Positions 18,603-25,573 of a stretch of 37,572 nt of DNA are shown in pieces (positions within the stretch are counted from its first letter, which is position 1; each line of letters opens with the position of its first letter). The stretch lies in NCBI GenBank assembly GCA_043819135.1, contig JBDRFG010000023.1, positions 1 through 37,572 of the forward strand, given 5' to 3'. Origin of the DNA: Candidatus Eiseniibacteriota bacterium (GTDB taxonomy: Bacteria; Joyebacterota; Joyebacteria; Joyebacterales; Joyebacteraceae). A program made the translations under genes and the position numbers. A model generated the notes under the pieces. That model saw only the letters and a list, made by a program, of their open reading frames with translations, made no database searches and was not told where the DNA came from.

Positions 18603-19907
18603 CTAGAGCCCGAGCGCCAGTTTGAGTTCTGCCTTAGCGATTTCGTAGTTGTAGCGCGCGTCAACCAGGTAGGCGCGGGCGCGCGAGTAAGCTACCCTTG
18701 CATCGATGAGCTCGAGCATGCTCGCGGCCCTCAGCCGGAAGCGCTCCTCCGAGACCTTGAGATCCTCCTCGGCCTGCATGACCGACTGCTCGGCCACGTC
18801 AACGCTCCGTCTGCCCTCGTCAACAGAGAGCCTGGCGATCTCGATCTCGTAGGCCGCCTGCAGCCTCGCGCTCCGCAGAGAGACCTCGTACGAACGAAGC
18901 GCCGATCTGCTGTTGTCTATGCTCGCCTTGGTCGAGAGCCCGTTGAAGATGGGAACCGACATGCTCAGGCTGACCGAGCGCGAGTAGTCGTCGCTCATGT
19001 CGTCCCTGAACTCCTCGAACGTCGCAGCACCTCTGGAGTACGAAACGGAGAGACCGAGGTCCGGCCAGCGGGCGGCCTTGGAGGCCAGGAGCGACCGCCT
19101 GCTTGCGACGACCGACTCCTCCCATGCCCGTATGTCGGGCCGCGACGAGATGGCAGTCTCCATGTCGTAGCTGGTGACCTCTTCTTCCCGCCTGTCCTCG
19201 GGCGTATCCACGGCCTCGATCTCGGTGGTGACGTCGATACCCAGGATGAACGCCAGGCCGGCCCGCGCCGTCGCGGCCGACTTCTCCGCCGCGATCAACG
19301 CAAGCTCCGCCTCGCCCACCTGGACCTGGGCCTTGAGGAGATCGGATTTAGAGGCGGAGCCCAGGTCGAACAGACTCTGAGTCTTCCTGAGCTGCTCCCT
19401 GCCGAGCTCGACGGCCTCCTCCTGAACACCCCGGAGCTGAACGGCCCTCAGGAGGCCGTAGTAGCCCTGTTTCGTCTCGAAGACCGTCCGCCGCCTCTTA
19501 TCCTCGAGTGAGAGTTCGGTCGCCGTGCGGCCGCGGTGAGCCCCGGCGATGCGAGCGAAAGAAGCGCCGTCCAGAAGCGTCTGCGAGAGACTCAGGCTGC
19601 CGCCGAAACTCTCCGACGTCGAGTCCTCGCCCTCGACGACGTCGGTGCGGCCGCTCTGCGAGAGCCCCGCCGAGACGTGCGGCAGCACGCTCGACCAGCT
19701 GGACAGAACGTTCGCTCTCGCTGATTGCAGATCCTCTCTGGCCCTGGCCAGGGTCGTGTTCTCCGTGAGCGCGATCTCTATGCACTCATCGAGCGTGTAG
19801 ACACGTGCCTGCGCAGAGTGAAACGAAACCGCGAGGACAACGCACACGAGCGCGACCCGGACCAGCGCTGCGCCGTTGGGCTTGCCCCTACTGCTACATG
19901 CCTGCAC
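18603..19907 (-). CDS. TolC family outer membrane channel
   Basis: TLDECIEIAL..N, LP...L, G.ASKSDLLKAQV, RPDI, VPIFNG and ELIDAR motifs. Confidence 0.93.
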   Translation of the reverse strand: MQACSSRGKPNGAALVRVALVCVVLAVSFHSAQARVYTLDECIEIALTENTTLARAREDLQSARANVLSSWSSVLPHVSAGLSQSGRTDVVEGEDSTSESFGGSLSLSQTLLDGASFARIAGAHRGRTATELSLEDKRRRTVFETKQGYYGLLRAVQLRGVQEEAVELGREQLRKTQSLFDLGSASKSDLLKAQVQVGEAELALIAAEKSAATARAGLAFILGIDVTTEIEAVDTPEDRREEEVTSYDMETAISSRPDIRAWEESVVASRRSLLASKAARWPDLGLSVSYSRGAATFEEFRDDMSDDYSRSVSLSMSVPIFNGLSTKASIDNSRSALRSYEVSLRSARLQAAYEIEIARLSVDEGRRSVDVAEQSVMQAEEDLKVSEERFRLRAASMLELIDARVAYSRARAYLVDARYNYEIAKAELKLALGL

Positions 19908-20691
19908 CCATGCCTCCTGGTGTAAAGGTCGAGATCAGTATTATGACGATCCAGAGAATCGCGACGGCCACCCACGACTTGCCCCGGGAGACCCGGTAGA
20001 CGACGGCCATCGCTACGGCCAGCACCACCATCCACCAGATGGTGAAGATGTCGAAGCTGGAAAGGAACTTGAAGAGACGATCGGAGGGCTCGAGGTTCTT
20101 GAAGAAGAGCGACGGCCCCGTCTCCACGACCATGTTCTTCTTGGCGATCATCATGGGGAGCTTGACGAGGCTTCCGAGAGTCGTGATCAGCATGCTCCAA
20201 GCGACGATGGCTCTCGCGTGTCTGAACTTGCCCTTGCCGCCGAGCATCTTCATGAGCAGGTGGACCGCCCCTGCGGCAGCGAAGACAAGAATGAAGGTGA
20301 CGACTACCACCCCGATGAGCGACATCGGCACCATCATCGCGCCTGAGATGCTCATCGCCTGTTCCACGTCGGCCTCCGTTCCGCCGCGCTCCATCACGGC
20401 CTCCCGGACGGCGTCCGCCTGCACGGGGGCGATGAAGGTCGGAACGGTGTAGAGAGCGATCCCTATGCCCACGACGATCGTGATGATGACGGGAAGCCAC
20501 CACTTGGACGTATCCTTCGTCTTGCTCGGGTCGGTCGGGTGCGGCCGCTCAAGGCTTTCGGCTATGCTTGAGAACGTGCCGCTGGGATCCATGAAGACAC
20601 CCGTTATCCAGCCCCTGATTCCGCTTCTCGCACTCTCGGGATCTCGAGGCGTGGGCGCCCCTGCGTCCCTGCTCTCTTTGACTTCCGCCAT
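19894..20691 (-). CDS. YIP1 family membrane protein (YknW-like)
   Basis: About 5 TM helices; GVFMDPSGTF, GGKGKF and FDIFTIWW motifs; start 20691 or 20697 after AAAGGGG. Confidence 0.82.
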   Translation of the reverse strand: MAEVKESRDAGAPTPRDPESARSGIRGWITGVFMDPSGTFSSIAESLERPHPTDPSKTKDTSKWWLPVIITIVVGIGIALYTVPTFIAPVQADAVREAVMERGGTEADVEQAMSISGAMMVPMSLIGVVVVTFILVFAAAGAVHLLMKMLGGKGKFRHARAIVAWSMLITTLGSLVKLPMMIAKKNMVVETGPSLFFKNLEPSDRLFKFLSSFDIFTIWWMVVLAVAMAVVYRVSRGKSWVAVAILWIVIILISTFTPGGMGAGM

Positions 20692-20780
20692 TGCCACATC
20701 CCCTTTCCTGTGGGCTCCGTACCAACCGCCCAGCGGGTCCCTTTCCATCTATACGCGGTAGTGGCCGCGCTATTCAAACC

Positions 20781-20814
20781 CAAAGGGCAGCGTTAAGGCC
20801 CGCGCTGCCCCTTG
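20781..20814 (-). terminator. Putative terminator of the exbB-exbD-exbD-tonB operon
   Basis: CAAGGGGCAGCG-10 nt-CGCTGCCCTTTG followed by GGTTT. Confidence 0.5.
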
Positions 20815-20900
20815 AGACACCCTTCTCCGTGGTCATGTTTAGCGGATTCTGTCAAAATCCGAACCCGCCCGGCCGCTCCCCGGACCCCGCTTTCTCGAAG

Positions 20901-21065
20901 TCAGCCGCGAAGCCGGAAGCGAACCACCTGAAAGACCCGCACTCGCACCGGAATGTCCCTCTGTCTGGCCGGCTCGAACTTCCACCGTCGGACCGCCGCA
21001 CGCGCGGCCTCGTCGAGCCCGGGATCGTCACCAAGGGGGGCAACGCCGGCCTTGAGCCGCCCGAT
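20901..21065 (-). pseudogene. Second partial TonB C-terminal domain, in frame behind the tonB TAG (remnant or readthrough extension)
   Basis: Manual translation IGRLKAGVAPLGDDPGLDEAARAAVRRWKFEPARQRDIPVRVRVFQVVRFRLRG-TGA; 24/39 aa identical to the tonB C-terminus; no start codon ahead of the homologous part. Confidence 0.8.
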
Positions 21066-21698
21066 CTATCCGCGCAGCGTGAACCGGATCGGCACAACGA
21101 TGCGAACCGGAACGGGAATGTCCCGCTGCTTCGCCGGCCTGAACTTCCACTTGTAGACGGCCTCGATCGCCGCCTGGTTGAGCCCCTCAATACCCTGCAC
21201 GATGGTCGCTTCCACGACGTCACCGAACTCGTTGACGCCGATCTGGACCATCACCACGCCTTCGAGCTCGGCCATCCTCGCCATGTCCGGATACTCCGGC
21301 GGGATCTGCACGACGACCTGCGGAGGCTCGTCGAACGCCGTGAAGAACTCGGCCCTGGACACAGGCGGCGGCATTTCCGGCGGTGCCTCGACGTCCAGTT
21401 CCGTGGACGCGATGGTCTCAGCCGCGTCAGCGTCCTCGCTGGGCTCGATCTCGGTCGGCACGATGGGCTTCGCCTCCTCCTTTGGAGGCGGCGGTATCGA
21501 GATCTGGTCCGGAATGTTGATGGCCTCCAGTACCTGCTTCTCGCGAAGCTGGTACGGTCTCGGCTTCCACTCCGGTGTCAGCACGAACGCAAGAAGGTGT
21601 ACGCCGATGGCAGCAAGAACGGCCACCCTGAATATCTTCGGGTACTGGTTCTTGAGCTCCTGCTCTGCTGTCGTTTGTACCGCAGTGTATGGACTCAT
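21066..21698 (-). CDS. tonB: Energy transducer TonB
   Basis: TM segment with His (AAIGVHLL), Pro-rich linker, and PEYP..AR...EGVV...WKFRPA. Confidence 0.93.
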   Translation of the reverse strand: MSPYTAVQTTAEQELKNQYPKIFRVAVLAAIGVHLLAFVLTPEWKPRPYQLREKQVLEAINIPDQISIPPPPKEEAKPIVPTEIEPSEDADAAETIASTELDVEAPPEMPPPVSRAEFFTAFDEPPQVVVQIPPEYPDMARMAELEGVVMVQIGVNEFGDVVEATIVQGIEGLNQAAIEAVYKWKFRPAKQRDIPVPVRIVVPIRFTLRG

Positions 21699-21760
21699 TA
21701 TCCCTCGCCTCGAATCAGCGAATCGCGTCGGCCCCTGCCGACGGCGGTCTCGTCTCTCGC

Positions 21761-22168
21761 CTACTGCTCCACCGGCACCGTGGTGAAGGAAACCCTCAGT
21801 GCGTTGGCCAGCTTGAGCCTCTCCATTGCCTCGTTGACCATCCTGTACGGGGCCTTCTCATCCGTGTTGAACGAGATGATGAGGCCGTGGTTCTCACGGA
21901 TCTTCGCGATGACCAAAGGTTCTATGTCGGGCACGCTGACCACCATGTCGTCGATGGAGATTATCCCGGTCCGGTCGATCCATATGTGGGCGACCTTCTC
22001 CCTGGGGATCTTATCACCGGCCGTCGACCTGGGAAGCGTGATGGCCAGGCCCTGCTCCAGCTTGAAGATCGTCGTGACCATGAAGAAGACGATCAGCAGG
22101 AACGCGATGTCCGCCATCGAGGACGTCGGGATTCTGGCCCCGGTGCCCGCTTTCCTCCTCAGCTCCAA
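21761..22168 (-). CDS. exbD: Biopolymer transporter ExbD
   Basis: IPTSSMADIAFLLIVFFMVTT; TTG start at 22168 after GGAGGT. Confidence 0.92.
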   Translation of the reverse strand: MELRRKAGTGARIPTSSMADIAFLLIVFFMVTTIFKLEQGLAITLPRSTAGDKIPREKVAHIWIDRTGIISIDDMVVSVPDIEPLVIAKIRENHGLIISFNTDEKAPYRMVNEAMERLKLANALRVSFTTVPVEQ

Positions 22169-22187
22169 TTGACTACCTCCAGCCTGC

Positions 22188-22634
22188 CTACTCTGTCTCG
22201 AGCATCTTGAGGGAGATTCTGTGCTCTCGGGAGATCTTCGCCGCTTCCAGTTCATCGTAGGCGAGCGTTACCTCATCGAGCGCATTGATCATACTCCCGT
22301 AAGGAGCTTCGGGGTGCGTCTCGAGGGACAGGATCAGGTTTTCATTGTCCGTGAGTCGCTGCCGCACGATGCTCCTGAGCTCGGAGAGCGGCGTTGGTTC
22401 GGTGTCGATGTCCAGAAAATACGCGCCGCTCCTCGCCGTTACGATCTGCATGACGTTGTCCCGCTTGACCTGCTTCACGTCGCCCTGACTGCTGGGCAGG
22501 ATCATGGGCAGGCCGATCTCGGGAAACGTCGTGCTCACAATGAAGAAGACGAGGAGCAGGAAGGCGACGTCCGACATCGACGACTCGCCGACCAGCTCGG
22601 CCGATATCCCCGATCTTCTCTTGAATTTCGCCAT
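22188..22634 (-). CDS. exbD: Biopolymer transporter ExbD
   Basis: SSMSDVAFLLLVFFIVSTT; A.YG.MINALDE. Confidence 0.9.
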   Translation of the reverse strand: MAKFKRRSGISAELVGESSMSDVAFLLLVFFIVSTTFPEIGLPMILPSSQGDVKQVKRDNVMQIVTARSGAYFLDIDTEPTPLSELRSIVRQRLTDNENLILSLETHPEAPYGSMINALDEVTLAYDELEAAKISREHRISLKMLETE

Positions 22635-22698
22635 TCCAGTGCCTTCCCTGTGGTGCGGGCGCCTCGCGAGACCCCGCTCCGCTTACTCTCAGTCTTCC

Positions 22699-23532
22699 CT
22701 ACTCGTCCATCGAGGCGAGCGTATCAATCAGCTCCGCCGCGCTATCTTCCATCTCGACCACAAACCGGTCGATCCGCTGGACGAACAGGTTGTGCGCGAT
22801 CTGCGTCGGGATAGCGATGGTCAGACCGGACATCGTTGTGATCAGTGCCTCGGAGATACCGCTCGCGACCAGCTTGGCGCTGACCTGCTCCGCCTGGGCG
22901 ATCGCCTCAAAGGCCGAGATCATGCCCGAGACCGTCCCGAGGAACCCGAGCAAGGGCGCCACGTTCGCGACGGTAGCAAGGATGATGAGTCCCCTCTCGA
23001 GGAACGACATCTCGACGATACCGGCGGTCTCGATGGCCTTCTCAACAGCCACGGTTCCCTTCTTCGCCTGCCTGAGGCCCGCGTGCAGAATCTGCGGGAT
23101 CGGACCGCGCATGTTCGCGCAGACCTCGAGTGCCTCGTCCAGGCGACCCTTCTTGAGCGCGCCCACGACCTGCTCCATCAGCTTCCGGACGTCGGCACGG
23201 GCCTTGTGCAGAGTGACGGCCCGCTCGATGATGACCGCAACGCCGACGATGGACAGGAACAGGAGGCCCCACATGAACTTCCCGCCCTTATTGAAGAACT
23301 CGATGAGGCCGCTCTGGAACCCTGCCTTCGGCACGGGCGCTGGCTCGACCGGCTCCTCCTCCACAACCGCCGCGAGCGAGTCGACGGCCGTCGTGTCAAC
23401 GAGCGCCGTGTCGACGACGGTGCCCTCGACCATAGCAGCCATGCCCTCGGTCTGCGCTGCCAGCGGGCTGAGCGTGCCTGCCAACATCAGCACCAGCAGC
23501 CCCGCCGAAACAGTCAAGAAGACTCTTCTCAT
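22699..23532 (-). CDS. exbB: MotA/TolQ/ExbB proton channel with an N-terminal signal peptide and linker
   Basis: GG.FM..L...S, APLLGFLGTVSGMI.AF and GISEALITT..GL.IAIP; start ATG 23532. Confidence 0.93.
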   Translation of the reverse strand: MRRVFLTVSAGLLVLMLAGTLSPLAAQTEGMAAMVEGTVVDTALVDTTAVDSLAAVVEEEPVEPAPVPKAGFQSGLIEFFNKGGKFMWGLLFLSIVGVAVIIERAVTLHKARADVRKLMEQVVGALKKGRLDEALEVCANMRGPIPQILHAGLRQAKKGTVAVEKAIETAGIVEMSFLERGLIILATVANVAPLLGFLGTVSGMISAFEAIAQAEQVSAKLVASGISEALITTMSGLTIAIPTQIAHNLFVQRIDRFVVEMEDSAAELIDTLASMDE

Positions 23533-23774
23533 TACCTTGCTTCTCCTCCCCCTTGCCGCGATGGGTCCAGTCGCGGACGGATCGCGGTTCCTCAGTGGAA
23601 CTTCCCTCTGACTACTCAAACACGCTACCGACAACAGGTCTCCGTGTGTCCACCTCCTGCGCTTGCTGTTCACCAGGCCCCGGGGGGGACGGACTCATCG
23701 ACCCAACCCCGCGTCCCGCACGCAGCGGCGCGTGCGGCGAGCCCGGCCGCGTCTGTTCAAGCCATTTCGCAGGG

Positions 23775-23803
23775 AGTCTACACGCAGGTCTGATCACTGT
23801 CAA
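23775..23803 (-). promoter_or_regulatory. sigma70 promoter of the exbB operon
   Basis: TTGACA-17 bp-TAGACT. Confidence 0.7.
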
Positions 23804-23879
23804 CCGGTTTTGTTCCAACTCCAGACTAGCACAGATGTTGCGGGCGCGCAACACCCACTACCGGTGGGCGTTTTATGTA

Positions 23880-23907
23880 TTGACATGTCCTGGGCTGGCG
23901 GTATAAT
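23880..23907 (+). promoter_or_regulatory. sigma70 promoter of the lipoprotein pair
   Basis: Perfect consensus TTGACA-16 bp-TATAAT with an AT-rich upstream segment. Confidence 0.8.
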
Positions 23908-24042
23908 CACTAATGGAACCCCCCATCAGAAGGTCAACCCTTCGTGGGGGGGCACGACCATCCGGTACCGGAGGGGTCGCGCCCGTCCCGGGGTCCTGCC
24001 TGTGATGTATCGTCATACCTTGAGCCTGGAGGAAGTACAACC

Positions 24043-25509
24043 ATGATGTCGTTCAGGAGACTGGCTGCAGGTGCGCTCGCGGTGGCCCTCTTGGCAATTC
24101 CACTCGCGGCGACGCTCTTCCTGACCGGATGCAGGAGGCAGGAGAAGCTGTTTGTAGATTCGAACCTCGCACCTGACACGCGATTGACCAGCGCGCCAGG
24201 GCCCTACTCCCAGACGAATTACAGGATTCACCTCTACTGGGACGGGACCGACTCGGACGGCTTCGTGGTTGCGTATCACTTCGCCTGGGACGACACGGTG
24301 CCGAACCACGGCGCGGAGAACTCACCCTGGCGACAGACATCGAACACCGACAGTCTCTTCAAGGCGCTGATCGACAGCGCCGGAGAGACCAGACGACACA
24401 CGTTCTACGTCCGGTCGATCGACAACGAGGGCAAGCTCGACCCATCCCCCGCCCGCGTCAGGTTCGACGCCTGGACCGTGGTCCCGCAGATAGACTATCT
24501 CTACAGGGTCGGCGGCCCACTGGACCCCGATGTGGGAACACCTGACCCGGACGTGAAGGACACGGTGCTCATGGGCTCGCCGGCAGAGTTCGTCTGGAGC
24601 GGCTGGGACCCCGACGGTCTGGGAGCGCCGATTCAGTACAGCTACAGACTGGACTCGAACCCGTTCTCTCCCTTCGGCGACAGCATGCACGTTGCGTACC
24701 CGACGGTCTCGAGCGGAACGCACTTCTTCTACGTCAAGGCGCAGGACGAGACCGGGGCGGAGAACTTCCCGGAAAACTACAAGTTCGTCATGAACTTCGA
24801 ACCTGACAGCCACATCATCGACCCGCCGGAGCAGACCGGAACGTTGATGGTGATTGACGGCGACGTCATCACGTTCAGATGGACCGCGCACGACAAGGAG
24901 GAGCTCGAGGGGCAGGGTGGAGGGCTTTCGCAGATATGGATAAGCCTTGACAATGACTTCCTGAAGGCATTCCTGGTCGACCCCGAGACCGGCGACTATG
25001 TGAGCGAATGGTACTTCACGTCGAACACTTCGCCGGCCGACTCGCACTACATCTCGAGTCGCAACTCGCCGCAGGGCGGCAACGCTCCTCATCTGTTCGA
25101 GGTCTGGGCTCGCGATGTCGAGGGGACGTTCGAGCAGCCCAGCGTTATCCCCGAGGACCGTGAGACGTTCATATTCTGGTACAACGAGCCTCCGGAGTCG
25201 GAGATAACGTTCCCCGCAGACGGGGCGACCGTCGTCGGCACGGACATCGAGATAACGTGGGACGGCTTCGACGTCGACGGGGAGGTCGCGGCATTCCAGT
25301 TCGTCCTGGACCCCCGGGCCAACGCCTACAGGGTCTGCCAGGTGGGCATCGGAGAGCCCTGCACGAGTTGGCTCTTCGAGGACGTTGAGCCGACGGGTCC
25401 GCCTCCTCTCCTGGAGTACCACGAATTCAGGGTCAGAGCCCAGGACAACGCGGGCTGCTGGGAACAGAACTGGAACACAATCCGATTCTACGTAACGAAC
25501 AGCAGGTAG
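24043..25509 (+). CDS. Lipoprotein with four FN3/Ig-like repeats
   Basis: GGAGGA RBS; lipobox LTGC; repeats of P(D/E)(T/S).I...W.G.D.DG...H.F.V.A.D..G. Confidence 0.8.
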   Translation: MMSFRRLAAGALAVALLAIPLAATLFLTGCRRQEKLFVDSNLAPDTRLTSAPGPYSQTNYRIHLYWDGTDSDGFVVAYHFAWDDTVPNHGAENSPWRQTSNTDSLFKALIDSAGETRRHTFYVRSIDNEGKLDPSPARVRFDAWTVVPQIDYLYRVGGPLDPDVGTPDPDVKDTVLMGSPAEFVWSGWDPDGLGAPIQYSYRLDSNPFSPFGDSMHVAYPTVSSGTHFFYVKAQDETGAENFPENYKFVMNFEPDSHIIDPPEQTGTLMVIDGDVITFRWTAHDKEELEGQGGGLSQIWISLDNDFLKAFLVDPETGDYVSEWYFTSNTSPADSHYISSRNSPQGGNAPHLFEVWARDVEGTFEQPSVIPEDRETFIFWYNEPPESEITFPADGATVVGTDIEITWDGFDVDGEVAAFQFVLDPRANAYRVCQVGIGEPCTSWLFEDVEPTGPPPLLEYHEFRVRAQDNAGCWEQNWNTIRFYVTNSR

Positions 25510-25573
25510 CGCCGGACAGCCAACCGTACGAAGCGTCCCACCGGGGACGCCTTCCGAGGAGGGACACGACACG

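Noticed and set aside
21066..21068. Genome-wide TAG recoding
   Set aside because: Many genes here (bamD, the FlgD/CTD protein, lpdA, the TolC-family gene, the TBDR, the PorV-like barrels) end in TAG at their expected C-termini.
20901..21185. TonB duplicate as a DGR template/variable repeat pair
   Set aside because: The differences are not adenine-specific and many are synonymous; there is no reverse transcriptase in the window.
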